Shown here: positions 18,676 to 28,725 of the stretch, one piece after another
Numbering within the stretch: position 1 is the first letter of the stretch
How the letters are laid out: each line of letters begins with the position of its first letter
DNA from: Acidimicrobiia bacterium
GTDB lineage: Bacteria; Actinomycetota; Acidimicrobiia; Spongiisociales; Spongiisociaceae
NCBI GenBank assembly: GCA_041576165.1
Contig: JBFGLM010000007.1
Coordinates: 1-64,000, forward strand
Length of the DNA stretch: 64,000 nt
Direction: 5' to 3'
Made by a program: the position numbers and the translations under genes
Notes under the pieces: generated by a model
Seen by the model: only the letters and a program-made list of their open reading frames with translations
What the model was told of the DNA's origin: nothing
The model's database searches: none

Positions 18676-20079
18676 ATGATTCCTGAACGAACCAGGTGGC
18701 TGGCGGAAGGTGCGCTGGCGGAGTTGAGCAACCGTTTCGCCGCGGCAGGGCATCAGCTGTACCTGGTTGGCGGGTCGGTCCGGGACCTGATCTTGGACAG
18801 GATCTCGGATGACCTCGACTACACGACCGACGCCCGGCCGGCCGATATCAAACGGGTGCTGAACGAATGGGCCGACTCTGTCTACACGGTCGGCGAGGCA
18901 TTCGGCACGATCGGTGCCAACCTGGGCGAACACCAGGTTGAGATCACGACCTTCCGCTCCGAGGTCTATCCGGCGGACAGTCGCAAACCGACCGTCGAGT
19001 TCGGCGACTCGATCGAAGCAGATCTCGGCCGGCGCGACTTCACGATCAATGCGATGGCGCTTCAGCTGGATCAGGGCGGTCCCCGCTTGATCGACCCCCA
19101 CAACGGGATGCATGACCTGGTGGGCCAGGTGCTGCGCACGCCGCTCGGCCCCAAGATCTCATTCTCGGAAGATCCCCTCCGCATGCTGCGACTGTTCCGT
19201 TTCGTTTCCCAGCTCGGCTTTCAACCGGGCACAGACGAACTGACTGCGGTCACCGAGATGGCCGACCGGATGCAGATCGTGAGTGCCGAGCGCATCCGGG
19301 ACGAGTTCTCGAAGCTGATCACGGGCGAACACGTTGCGGTCGCCGTCGACCTTCTGGTTCGCTCCGGCCTGGCCGACCAATTCCTACCGGAGATTCCGGC
19401 GCTGTCCATGGAACAAGACCCGCATCAGCGACACAAGGACGTGCTGGCGCACTCGATAGCAGTTACGGAGAAGACGAGTGCCGATCTCGAATTGCGACTT
19501 GCCGCGTTGCTCCACGACATCGGCAAACCCGCAACGCGCTCATACGGGCCGCGCGGAGTCGCATTCCACCATCACGAGGTCGTGGGTGCCCGAATGGCTC
19601 GTCAGCGACTACAAGAACTGCGATATCCCAAACAGGTGGTGACCGACGTTGGAGACCTTGTGTTCCTCCACATGCGGCCGCATACCTTCAAGATGGGCTG
19701 GACCGACTCGGCGGTGCGCCGGTACGTCCGAGATGCCGGGCATTTGCTGGACAAGCTGAACGAGTTGGTTCGCTGCGACGTGACCACCCGCAACGAGCGG
19801 CGGGCGCGCCAGATTCAGCAGCGCCTCGACGAACTCGAGGAGCGGATCGACCAGCTGCGCGAGCAGGAGGAACTCGATGCGTTACGGCCGCCCATCAACG
19901 GCAACGACGTGATGGGATACCTGGGCATCGGCCCCGGCCCCGCAGTGGGAAGTATCCTGCGGCTGCTCCTCGAACACCGGATCGAACACGGTCCGTATGA
20001 TCCGGATGAGGCGTACCGGCTGGTCCGCGAATGGGCGATCTCGGAGGGGATGGACGACCCCGGCCCCGCATCCGCATGA
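18676..20079 (+). CDS. cca: CCA tRNA nucleotidyltransferase with HD domain
   Basis: LVGGSVRD, DLDYTT, RRDFTINAMA, EDPLRMLR, LLHDIGK. Confidence 0.93.
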   Translation: MIPERTRWLAEGALAELSNRFAAAGHQLYLVGGSVRDLILDRISDDLDYTTDARPADIKRVLNEWADSVYTVGEAFGTIGANLGEHQVEITTFRSEVYPADSRKPTVEFGDSIEADLGRRDFTINAMALQLDQGGPRLIDPHNGMHDLVGQVLRTPLGPKISFSEDPLRMLRLFRFVSQLGFQPGTDELTAVTEMADRMQIVSAERIRDEFSKLITGEHVAVAVDLLVRSGLADQFLPEIPALSMEQDPHQRHKDVLAHSIAVTEKTSADLELRLAALLHDIGKPATRSYGPRGVAFHHHEVVGARMARQRLQELRYPKQVVTDVGDLVFLHMRPHTFKMGWTDSAVRRYVRDAGHLLDKLNELVRCDVTTRNERRARQIQQRLDELEERIDQLREQEELDALRPPINGNDVMGYLGIGPGPAVGSILRLLLEHRIEHGPYDPDEAYRLVREWAISEGMDDPGPASA

Positions 20080-21686
20080 GCCGCAGAAGGACCATTCTCG
20101 CAGCCGTGGCCATCCTCGTCGCGGCGGCCGCAGCGGCCGGGGTCGCGTACCTCGGTCTGCGTTCGGCTACTGAGCCCGATCCGGTGGCCCCCGCTGCGGG
20201 CCGCTCATCTGCCGACGCTTCGTCGACGAGTGCGGCCGGCGGAACGCCCGCCACCAGTGCCCCGCCCGTGACGACGCCGCCAGCGGTGTCGGGCGCGGAC
20301 GGGCTGGGGGATCCCCTTTACCCGAACCTGGGAAACGGGGGCTATGACGTGCTGCGCTATCGCCTGGAGCTGGCCTATGACCCGCCGAGCCGATTCCTCG
20401 AGGGCGCGACTGCGATCGAAGCGGTTGCTCAGGAATCGCTGCGGTCCTTCAACCTCGACCTGCGGCTGATGGAGGCCCGGGCCGTGAGGGTGAATGGTGC
20501 GGAGGCGGAGTTCACACAGACGGAGCGGGAACTGACCGTCGTTCCTGCGGCACCGATCGACGTTGGGGATACTTTCGAGGTGGAAGTGACATATGCCGGC
20601 ACTGCCGATCGAGTGCCATCGGCGGCACTGTCGGGCACGATCGGCTGGTTCCCGGGCACCGATGCGTCGTTCGTCATGAGCGAGCCAGATGCCGCATCAT
20701 CGGTCTTCCCCGCCAATGATCATCCGTTGGACAAAGCCGAGTTCGAATTCGCGATCACGGTGCCGGTGGGTTTTGAGGCTGCGGCCAACGGGATCATGGT
20801 GGGGGAACCGGAGCAACTGCCCGACGGCCGGGTGCGGACGACATTCCAGCACGAGTTCCCGATGGCTCCCTACCTGGTGGCGATCGGCATCGCCGACTTC
20901 GACGTCGAGGAATCAGTGTCCGATGCCGGCGTCCCAATTCGCAACTACTTCCAGGAGGACGTCGGTTCGGGTGTGCGGGAGGCGTTTGCCCGTCAGGGCG
21001 AGATGGTGGATTTCTTCTCCGAGTTGTTCGGTCCGTACCCGTTCGAGACGTATGGAGCGCTGGTGATTCCCAGCGGTGCCGGCGCATTCGCCGCGCTCGA
21101 AACACAGACGCTCTCCACCTTCCCCGTGGCGTTCGGTGCCACCTCCTACGACGAGGCCATCGTGGCCCATGAGGTGGTCCACCAGTGGTTTGGCAACAGC
21201 GTCTCGCTCGCCGACTGGGATGACATCTGGCTGAACGAAGGTTTCGCCACTTATGGCGAGTGGCTCTGGACCGCCGAGCAACGAGCGGCGGGCGACGTGT
21301 CCCGGCGGGTGGCCCGGGAGTACGACTTCGTTTCAGGGCGGGAGCTGCTCGAAGGTGGCGCCACCCCCGCGGTCGTCGACGACATCATCGCGGACAATTT
21401 TCCTCCGCCCGGCGATCCTCCAGCCGACAACCTCTTCAACCCAGCCGTGTATCTGCGCGGTGCATTGGTCCTCCATGCGCTCCGCAATGAGATTGGCGAC
21501 GGCGCGTTCTTCTCCGCCCTGCGCTCCTTTGCCGGCGAATTCCAATACGGCAATGCCACCACCGAAGACTTCATCGCCATCGCGGAACGGGAGGGCGGCC
21601 GGGAACTCGACGAATTCTTCGCCGACTGGCTATTCGAAGAAGTGATGCCCCCGATCCCCGAGCTGGGGCTGACGCCGCCCGAATGA
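20076..21686 (+). CDS. Membrane-anchored or secreted M1 family aminopeptidase
   Basis: N-terminal hydrophobic segment; PNLGNGGYDV; HEVVH..WLNEGFATY; YLRGALVLH. Confidence 0.9.
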   Translation: MSRRRTILAAVAILVAAAAAAGVAYLGLRSATEPDPVAPAAGRSSADASSTSAAGGTPATSAPPVTTPPAVSGADGLGDPLYPNLGNGGYDVLRYRLELAYDPPSRFLEGATAIEAVAQESLRSFNLDLRLMEARAVRVNGAEAEFTQTERELTVVPAAPIDVGDTFEVEVTYAGTADRVPSAALSGTIGWFPGTDASFVMSEPDAASSVFPANDHPLDKAEFEFAITVPVGFEAAANGIMVGEPEQLPDGRVRTTFQHEFPMAPYLVAIGIADFDVEESVSDAGVPIRNYFQEDVGSGVREAFARQGEMVDFFSELFGPYPFETYGALVIPSGAGAFAALETQTLSTFPVAFGATSYDEAIVAHEVVHQWFGNSVSLADWDDIWLNEGFATYGEWLWTAEQRAAGDVSRRVAREYDFVSGRELLEGGATPAVVDDIIADNFPPPGDPPADNLFNPAVYLRGALVLHALRNEIGDGAFFSALRSFAGEFQYGNATTEDFIAIAEREGGRELDEFFADWLFEEVMPPIPELGLTPPE

Positions 21687-21696
21687 AGCGGCCCGT

Positions 21697-22341
21697 TTAG
21701 CCGGGGTCCGCGGCCACCGAACGGGCCTCCTGCACTGCACGCCACCGCCGCCGGGTTGCAGCCGTCGCGGTGGCTGCGAAGTACAGGAAACCGAAGGCGA
21801 TCACTCGGTGTGGCTGGCTGATCCATAACCCGCTGCCGGGCAGGTCGGCCGCCAGTCGGGCCGCTTCGTTGATCCCGAATCGCGGGATGGGCAGGAACGT
21901 CGTGGCGGATGCGAAGGCGAGATAGAAAACCGTCGCCATTGCCCACTGGCGCTCGTGCGCCTCGCGGGTGACTTCGGATGGGTCCGGGTCGTAGAACATT
22001 GAAACGAGCCGGTTGAGCACGAGTACCAAGAACGCGATCACCGGCCACCACACCCCGAAGCTCGCCGCCCACGCGGCAGCGAAGAGGAGATAGAAGACGC
22101 CGAAGCCGAGCATCGTCTTGGTCCGGGCGGCGAGGGTGGCACGGGTGGTCCAGGTCCGGCCCATGAAGGCGGCACTGTGGATGATCACGAACTCGAGCAA
22201 CATCACCAGCATGAGATTGCCGATCGGGCGAGCCCAGCGCCCGTCGGGCTCGATCCAGGTGGCCAGATAGGTCGCGGCCAGCGCGCCGTCACCCGCGATC
22301 GACGCTGCGATCAATAGGAGAGGCTGCACCCGTCGGCCCAT
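21697..22341 (-). CDS. Integral membrane protein, unknown function
   Basis: About 6 hydrophobic segments, coding-like composition. Confidence 0.75.
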   Translation of the reverse strand: MGRRVQPLLLIAASIAGDGALAATYLATWIEPDGRWARPIGNLMLVMLLEFVIIHSAAFMGRTWTTRATLAARTKTMLGFGVFYLLFAAAWAASFGVWWPVIAFLVLVLNRLVSMFYDPDPSEVTREAHERQWAMATVFYLAFASATTFLPIPRFGINEAARLAADLPGSGLWISQPHRVIAFGFLYFAATATAATRRRWRAVQEARSVAADPG

Positions 22342-22441
22342 ACCTCGCTATCGGCACGCGCCCGCCAAAGCCGAAGCCACCAGCCGCACGGCGGGCACGT
22401 CTCGGGCGAACGGTCCCAGCGTCGGGCGTAGTCTGCGACCG

Positions 22442-22879
22442 ATGGCACTCGAGATCCATGCCGGACCTGAACTGAGCGACGCGCTCGCACCTCACGCCGG
22501 GGAGGCGCACGGCCTGGTCATTCAGGTCGTAGCGGCCGGAGACGGCTGGAACGAGGTGATGTCGGTTTTGCGTGGCGTCTTCCATCACAGCCGTACGGCC
22601 GCCCAGAACGAGATCCCGATTGTCTACGTCGTCGCCGGCGACGATCTGCTCGGTCGCACCGGACCAGGGGCCGCCATGGTCGCCACCGGGACCCTCTCGG
22701 CGGCGCGCACGCTCGCGGCCGAAGGACGCAAGCAGCGGGTCGCCGCCAACGTGGTCGCACTCGAGAACGACACCGACCTTGCGGAGGCGGCCCGCTGGAT
22801 CGTGGCAGCTCTGCGCGACGGTCCCACCGGCGAGTTGATCCGGCTCGGAGCCGGGCACGTCGGAAAGGCCCTGCCATGA
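22442..22879 (+). CDS. Hypothetical protein resembling a non-catalytic SDR half-domain
   Basis: AARTLAAE..VAANVV..GELIRLG resembles SDR C-terminal half; ATGA overlap with next SDR; leaderless -10. Confidence 0.7.
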   Translation: MALEIHAGPELSDALAPHAGEAHGLVIQVVAAGDGWNEVMSVLRGVFHHSRTAAQNEIPIVYVVAGDDLLGRTGPGAAMVATGTLSAARTLAAEGRKQRVAANVVALENDTDLAEAARWIVAALRDGPTGELIRLGAGHVGKALP

Positions 22880-23583
22880 CCTCCGCCATCGTGACCGGCG
22901 CCGCCGGGGGCCTCGGCGCGGCGATCGGGCACCGGCTCGGGCGCAACGGGCACCGCATAATCGCGGTAGACGTGGCGCCGGCGCTGGCGGATGCAGTGCT
23001 CGGACTCGAAACAGAGGGGATCGACGCAACCCCCGTCCAGGTAGATCTGACGACCATCGAGGGTGTTACGGCGGTGGCCGAGGCTGCCGACGGTGATTGC
23101 TCGGTGCTCGTCAACAATGCCGGCATCACCCGGGATGCCCGCCTGGTCAACATGACCGACGACCAGTTCGAGGCGGTGCTGCAGGTCAACCTCGGAGCTG
23201 CCTACCGGCTGAGCCGGGCGGTCGCCCCCCTGATGCTTGACGGCGGCAGCATCGTGAACATCTCGTCCCGGGCCTACCTCGGCAATTTCGGCCAGTTCAA
23301 CTACTCGATGTCCAAGGGCGCCCTCGTCGGGCTCACCCGGGCGCTGGCCCTCGAGCTGGCGCCCCGGCTGCGGGTCAACGCCGTGGCACCCGGGCTGATT
23401 GCCACCGAAATGTCACTGGCGATCCCAGAGGACATCCGCACCAAGATGGTGGCGAACATCCCGATGGGCCGCATGGGCGAGCCGGCCGAAGTGGCCGAAC
23501 TGGTCTCGTTCCTGGCCGGCCCGGCGTCGTCCTACATCACCGGCCACGTCCACGTCATCGGCGGCGGCCGCAGCCTCACGTGA
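22876..23583 (+). CDS. Short-chain dehydrogenase/reductase (FabG-like)
   Basis: TGAAGGLG, NNAGITRD, YSMSK, VNAVAPG. Confidence 0.93.
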   Translation: MTSAIVTGAAGGLGAAIGHRLGRNGHRIIAVDVAPALADAVLGLETEGIDATPVQVDLTTIEGVTAVAEAADGDCSVLVNNAGITRDARLVNMTDDQFEAVLQVNLGAAYRLSRAVAPLMLDGGSIVNISSRAYLGNFGQFNYSMSKGALVGLTRALALELAPRLRVNAVAPGLIATEMSLAIPEDIRTKMVANIPMGRMGEPAEVAELVSFLAGPASSYITGHVHVIGGGRSLT

Positions 23584-23607
23584 CGATCAGCCGCCGGCCG
23601 CGTCGGT

Positions 23608-24075
23608 TCACGTGATGCGGAGCTCGGCTTTGATCTCGTCGAGCACGGCCTGTTCCTCGGCGCTGACGCGGGCGCCGAGGCCGGCGAAGCCCTCCCGGGC
23701 AGCGTCGGCCACCGCCACCGCGATCTCCCACAGCCAGGCGCGGAAGTCCTCGGCGTCGCGGGCCGGCGCCGCCACGTCGAGGGTGGCAACACCCCGCCGC
23801 AGCCGATCGAGCGCCACCGGCCACTTGGGCTCTCCGAGGGCGTCCGGGGGTTCGCCGGCGCGGTCGACCATCAGCTCCTCGGCGATGCGATAGGCCAGCT
23901 TGCGACGAGCACCACGTTGCATGGCCGCTGCGATAGCGCGCTGCGCCGCCGACATCTCATGCCCGATCCCGATCGGCCCGCTGTGATCACTGTCCATCAC
24001 GGCCGCAATCACCATCCACGGCATCGACCGCAGCTCATCCCACTGTTCGAGCGTGTAGCGCAGTAGGCGAGTCAG
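23608..24075 (-). CDS. Hypothetical protein (probable CTG start)
   Basis: C-terminal AREGFAGLGARVSAEEQAVLDEIK; frame stays open upstream to CTG 24075, 7 nt after SD GAGGGGG. Confidence 0.7.
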   Translation of the reverse strand: MTRLLRYTLEQWDELRSMPWMVIAAVMDSDHSGPIGIGHEMSAAQRAIAAAMQRGARRKLAYRIAEELMVDRAGEPPDALGEPKWPVALDRLRRGVATLDVAAPARDAEDFRAWLWEIAVAVADAAREGFAGLGARVSAEEQAVLDEIKAELRIT

Positions 24076-24150
24076 GGCGAAACCCCCTCGGTTGGCGTCC
24101 GTTTGACCGCATCGTAGGCGGCGGTTTGGCCACGGACCCGATGAACGGCT

Positions 24151-24177
24151 GGGCGCCCGGGACCGTGCCGGGCGCCC
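24151..24177 (-). terminator. GC hairpin after potD
   Basis: GGGCGCCCGG-N7-CCGGGCGCCC, no U tract. Confidence 0.5.
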
Positions 24178-24187
24178 GCCGCATAGG

Positions 24188-25291
24188 TCAGCTGCGCGCC
24201 TCGGCGAACTTGTCCGTGTAGTTGATCTCGAAATCGCCGGTGTCGGTGATTATCTCGAGCCGCTCGCGCAGATCTGGCGCCGGGTAGATCGTTTCGTCCT
24301 CGAGGATCTCATCCAGGATGAACTCCTCGGATGCCGCATTGGGGCTGGCGTAGTAGTTCCAGTTCGTCAACGTCGCGCCGTTTTCCGCGTCCAGCAGGTA
24401 GTCGATGAACGCGTGGGCCGTGCACGGATGCTCAGCATCCTTGGGGACCGCCATGTTGTCGATCCATACCGTCCCGCCCTCTTCCGGGATTACGTACGCC
24501 CAATTGTCGGGATTGTCCGAATCGTCAAAAGCCACGAAGAGGTTGCCCGAGTAGCCATGCGCCACCGCGACTTCTTCATTGACCAACGATTCGTCGTACT
24601 GGTCCGAATCGAAGGTGGCTATGTAGTCCTTGGCCGCGGCGATCAAGTCGGTCGCTTCCTGAAGGTGATCCGGGTCGGTGTCGTTGAGCGAATAGCCCAG
24701 ATACTTCAAGGCCGCACCCATCGTCTCCCGCGGGTCGTTCAGGAGTGACACGCCGCCCGGAAACGATGCAGTCATCGTGGGATCGAAGACCAGCGCCCAG
24801 CTCGGCTCGAAGTCCTCACCCACCACCGACAGGTTGACTCCCAGCCCGGTGGTGCCCCACTGGTACGCCGCGGTGAACTCACCGGTCGGGTCGTAGGGCG
24901 GGTTCACGAAGTCGGCGTCCAGATTGCTGAGGTTGGGAATCGCCTCCTTGTTGAGCGGCGTCAGCAGGCCCTCCTCGATCATGATCGCCACCATGTAGTC
25001 GGACGGCACGATCAGGTCGTAGGTCACTCCCGACTGTATCTGAGCCAGCATCGCCTCGTTCGAGTCGTAGAACGTCTCGACCACGTCCACCCCATACTCC
25101 GCCTCGAACGCGGTTATCAATTCGGGATCCATGTACTCCGACCAGTTGTAGAAGTTGAGGTTGCCGTCAGTTTCGCCGGCGGTGCATGATGCTGCCGCCG
25201 CGTCGCCGCCCCCGTCGTCGCCTCCGCAGGCTGCCGCCACCAAAGCGACGGCCGCCAGTAAGAGTGGTACGCGCCATCTTCTTCTCATCAT
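24188..25291 (-). CDS. potD: Polyamine ABC transporter substrate-binding lipoprotein
   Basis: Lipobox VAAAC; YNWSEYMDP, YDSNEAM, VPSDYM, YQWGTTG, WIDNMAVP. Confidence 0.92.
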   Translation of the reverse strand: MMRRRWRVPLLLAAVALVAAACGGDDGGGDAAAASCTAGETDGNLNFYNWSEYMDPELITAFEAEYGVDVVETFYDSNEAMLAQIQSGVTYDLIVPSDYMVAIMIEEGLLTPLNKEAIPNLSNLDADFVNPPYDPTGEFTAAYQWGTTGLGVNLSVVGEDFEPSWALVFDPTMTASFPGGVSLLNDPRETMGAALKYLGYSLNDTDPDHLQEATDLIAAAKDYIATFDSDQYDESLVNEEVAVAHGYSGNLFVAFDDSDNPDNWAYVIPEEGGTVWIDNMAVPKDAEHPCTAHAFIDYLLDAENGATLTNWNYYASPNAASEEFILDEILEDETIYPAPDLRERLEIITDTGDFEINYTDKFAEARS

Positions 25292-25300
25292 TGCTTCCTC

Positions 25301-26146
25301 CTAGTTCTCCGCAGTGGTTCGCGAGGTCCGCTGCAGGAACAGCGAGATCCCGACCAGCACCATGGATGCCATCAGCATGACCGCGCTCACCGCGTTGATG
25401 AGCGGGGTCACGCCTCTTCTTACGAGACCGAAAACGTAAACCGGCAGCGTCGTGGAACCCGGCCCCGAAACGAAGCTGGTCACTACAACATCGTCCAGCG
25501 AAAGGGTGAGGGCCAGCAGGGCACCTCCCAGCACGCCCGGCATGATGAGCGGCAGAGTGACGTACCGGAAAGCTTGCCAGCGTGTCGCATAGAGGTCGGC
25601 CGCTGCTTCTTCCAGCGAGCTGTCCATCTGCCCCAGGCGGGCACGGACGACGACGGCCACAAACGAGATGTTGAACGCGATGTGGCTGAGGGAGATAGTG
25701 CCGAGGCCGAACGACGGCGCCGCCCCGATCGCCCCTTCCAGCATGGAGAAGGCCTGAGCGAAGAACAGGAGCATCATCACCGCCATCGTGACGTCGGGGA
25801 TGATGATCGGCAGGTAGACCAGCCCGTCGTAGACCCGCTGGCCGCGGAACCGGAACCGTTCCAGCGCCAGGGCCGCCGCGGTGCCCAGCACGGTGGATAT
25901 CACGGTCGACACTGCGGCAACGGTCAGCGAGTTGCGGATGGCTCGCAGCACGTTGTCGTCGCGAAACATCTCGGCGTACCAACGGGTGGACGGTTCGGTC
26001 CAAATGCCCACGTTGTTGTTGGCGTTGAACGAGAAGATGATCAGCACCAGGATCGGTGCGTAGAAGAAGGCGTAGACCAGCCAGGTGTTGGCGGCCAGCA
26101 GTCGCTCGGTCGGGCTGGCCGGCCGGACGCCGGCGGCCGTCGTCAT
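25301..26146 (-). CDS. potC: Polyamine ABC transporter permease
   Basis: LEEAAADL, LSLDDVVVTSFVSGPG. Confidence 0.92.
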   Translation of the reverse strand: MTTAAGVRPASPTERLLAANTWLVYAFFYAPILVLIIFSFNANNNVGIWTEPSTRWYAEMFRDDNVLRAIRNSLTVAAVSTVISTVLGTAAALALERFRFRGQRVYDGLVYLPIIIPDVTMAVMMLLFFAQAFSMLEGAIGAAPSFGLGTISLSHIAFNISFVAVVVRARLGQMDSSLEEAAADLYATRWQAFRYVTLPLIMPGVLGGALLALTLSLDDVVVTSFVSGPGSTTLPVYVFGLVRRGVTPLINAVSAVMLMASMVLVGISLFLQRTSRTTAEN

Positions 26147-27036
26147 AGGTTTCTTGCTCCCGAGCGGAAGTAGACGATGGTGGCGCCCAACATCACCGTC
26201 ATGACCGCGAACGACAGCGCCGACCCGAACGGCTGGTTACGGGCCGCCAAGAACTGGCTGACGATGTAGTCGCCGAGCAATGTCGTGCGGGCACCGCCGA
26301 GAATCGCCGGCGTCACGTACGCGCCCAGGGCAGGGATGAACACCAGGATCGAGCCGGCGATGACCCCCGGGCGGGACAGCGGCCAGGTGACGGTTCGGAA
26401 CGCGGTCCAGCCGTCGGCATACAGATCGCGGGCCGCTTCCACCAGACTCCAGTCCATGCGCTCGAGCGCGGCATACAGCGGCAGCACCATGAACGGCAAG
26501 AAGCCGTAGACGAGTCCGATGAGGACGGCGGTGTTGGTGAAGAGCAGCCGGATGGGCTCGCCGCCCAGCGCCTGGCTGATTTGGGAAACGGGTCCGTCGG
26601 TTCCCAGCAGTAGGCGCCAGGCGTATGTCCGGACGAGGAAGTTCGACCAGAAGGGGATCATCACGAGCACGAGCAGTGCGTTGCGCAGGGCGGGACGCCG
26701 GGTGGCGATGTAGTAGGCGAACGGGTAGGAAACCGCCAAGCAGATCAGCGTCGTCGTCACCGCCAGCGTCAAGGAACGTACTGCGATTTCGGCGACCAGC
26801 GGGTCCCACAGCCGGCGGTACGAGTTGAGGTTCCAGCCGGACAGCCGGGTGAGGCCGGTGGAGCTACGGGTGGCGAACGAGTAGACGAAGACGATCAGCA
26901 GCGGGACTGCAAAGAACAGCATGAGGTAGATCCACGACGGCAGCGCGATGAAGAACCCCCGCCTGGCCTCCGCGGTTCGGGCCGCGGCCTCGAGCTGCGC
27001 GCTGCCGGCCCGGGCGGGAGGAGCGTCGGCCGTCAT
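26143..27036 (-). CDS. potB: Polyamine ABC transporter permease
   Basis: IPFWSNFLVRTYAW, LPFMVLPLY, LVEAARDL. Confidence 0.92.
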   Translation of the reverse strand: MTADAPPARAGSAQLEAAARTAEARRGFFIALPSWIYLMLFFAVPLLIVFVYSFATRSSTGLTRLSGWNLNSYRRLWDPLVAEIAVRSLTLAVTTTLICLAVSYPFAYYIATRRPALRNALLVLVMIPFWSNFLVRTYAWRLLLGTDGPVSQISQALGGEPIRLLFTNTAVLIGLVYGFLPFMVLPLYAALERMDWSLVEAARDLYADGWTAFRTVTWPLSRPGVIAGSILVFIPALGAYVTPAILGGARTTLLGDYIVSQFLAARNQPFGSALSFAVMTVMLGATIVYFRSGARNL

Positions 27037-27037
27037 C

Positions 27038-28102
27038 TCATTCCTCCACCACGGCAGTGGCCGCCGGGTCCCAGGTCACGATGGTCTTGCGACCCACGTC
27101 GTACAGTTCGACACCCGGCCGGTTCTCTTCCTTGGCCTCCATCACGCCGGCCGGTGTGTCGATGTCGTAGTAGAAGACGTCGCCGTGGTAGATACGGCGG
27201 ATCACGGTCCCTTCCAGCCGGTTGAGGCCGTCGGGGATGGTCTCGTGCAGGTCGTAGAGAGCAAACCGCTCGGGCCGGATGGCGACGGTGGCGTACGAGT
27301 CGCGGGGGAGCCCGGTGGGTGCATTCACAACCGGGCCGTTGTGCAACTGTACGGAGTTGTGATCCAGCACGGTGGCCCGCAGCAGGTTGATCTCGCCGAT
27401 GAAATCCGCCACGAACCGGGTGGCCGGCTTCTCGTAGATCTCCTGAGGGGTCCCCACCTGGAGAAGTAGGCCGTCGTTCATCACCCCGATGCGGTCGCTC
27501 ATAGTGAGCGCCTCCTCCTGGTCGTGGGTGACGTAGATGAACGTGATCCCGACCCGTTCCTGCAGGTCTTTCAATTCGACCTGCATGGCCTGGCGCAACT
27601 TGAGGTCCAGCGCCCCGAGCGGCTCATCGAGGAGCAGCACCTCCGGTTCGTTCACCAGCGCCCGGGCCAGGGCCACCCGCTGCTGCTGACCACCCGACAG
27701 TTGACGAGGTTTGGCGTCGGCTCGCTGGCTCAGCTGCACCTGATCCAGGGCCCGCCGGACGCGACCAGAGACCTCGGAACCTGCCACCTTCTGCATCTTC
27801 AACCCAAATGCCACGTTCTCGGCGACGTTCATGTGGGGAAAGAGGGCGTAGGACTGGAAGACGGTGTTGACCGGACGTTGGTTGGGCGGCTCGAGGCCCA
27901 GCTCGGTGCCGTGGATCTCGATCGAACCGGTCGTGGGGAATTCGAACCCGGCGATCATCCGCAGGGTCGTCGTCTTTCCGCACCCGCTGGGTCCGAGCAG
28001 CGAAAAGAACTCGCCGTCTGCGATGGTCAGGTCGAGGGAGCGAACCGCCACGACCTCGCCAAAATGTTTTGAGACGCCGACCAGGCGCACGGCATCGGTC
28101 AT
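27038..28102 (-). CDS. potA: Polyamine ABC transporter ATPase
   Basis: GPSGCGKTT, VFQSYALFPH, LSGGQQQR, LLLDEPLGALD; TOBE-like C-terminus. Confidence 0.94.
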   Translation of the reverse strand: MTDAVRLVGVSKHFGEVVAVRSLDLTIADGEFFSLLGPSGCGKTTTLRMIAGFEFPTTGSIEIHGTELGLEPPNQRPVNTVFQSYALFPHMNVAENVAFGLKMQKVAGSEVSGRVRRALDQVQLSQRADAKPRQLSGGQQQRVALARALVNEPEVLLLDEPLGALDLKLRQAMQVELKDLQERVGITFIYVTHDQEEALTMSDRIGVMNDGLLLQVGTPQEIYEKPATRFVADFIGEINLLRATVLDHNSVQLHNGPVVNAPTGLPRDSYATVAIRPERFALYDLHETIPDGLNRLEGTVIRRIYHGDVFYYDIDTPAGVMEAKEENRPGVELYDVGRKTIVTWDPAATAVVEE

Positions 28103-28725
28103 GCTGCCGCCCCCGGGTTCTCCCACACGATGAGCGCCGCCCAGCCGTCGTTCTTCTCGTCCTCGAGGTATTTCTCGAGGACCCCTCGCACGTCGAACCC
28201 GTTCTCGAGCTGCATGGTCAACGTCGGGTCGTACAGCTCGCCGGCCACGACTTTGTCGCAGTACTCCTGGGCCGTCATGACGTGCTTGTGCTGGTGGAAG
28301 TTGGCGAGATATCCGCCCGCGATGATCCCCTTCTTGCCGTCCTGGACGACGAGCCCCTTACGCAGCTCGTACAAACGACGGCCGATGCCCTGGCGGCGAT
28401 AGTCGGGGTGGACCACGATGTCGGTGCCGTAGTACCAGTCGCCGTCCGGATCATGATTGCCGCACTGGTTCTCGCCGGTGATCCCGATGATCGTGTGCTG
28501 CGGGTGGTCGAAGTCGAAGTCGAGGTAGATCCCGGCGCCCTGCGCGATGACGTTGTCGCCGTCGAGGACGACAAAAAAGCCGTCGGGGAAGACGTCGGCG
28601 TAGGCGAGCATGTCCTCTTCGGACAGCAGCTCGGACGGATCGGCGGTGGGAAAGGCTGATCGCTCCAGAGCGGCGCATCGGGCGGCGAGGTCTTTGGTCA
28701 GGTTGGTGATGGTGTAGTTCTTCAT
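28099..28725 (-). CDS. GNAT N-acetyltransferase
   Basis: YGTDIVVHPDYRRQGIGRRLYELRK, YDPTLTMQLENGF. Confidence 0.88.
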   Translation of the reverse strand: MKNYTITNLTKDLAARCAALERSAFPTADPSELLSEEDMLAYADVFPDGFFVVLDGDNVIAQGAGIYLDFDFDHPQHTIIGITGENQCGNHDPDGDWYYGTDIVVHPDYRRQGIGRRLYELRKGLVVQDGKKGIIAGGYLANFHQHKHVMTAQEYCDKVVAGELYDPTLTMQLENGFDVRGVLEKYLEDEKNDGWAALIVWENPGAAA

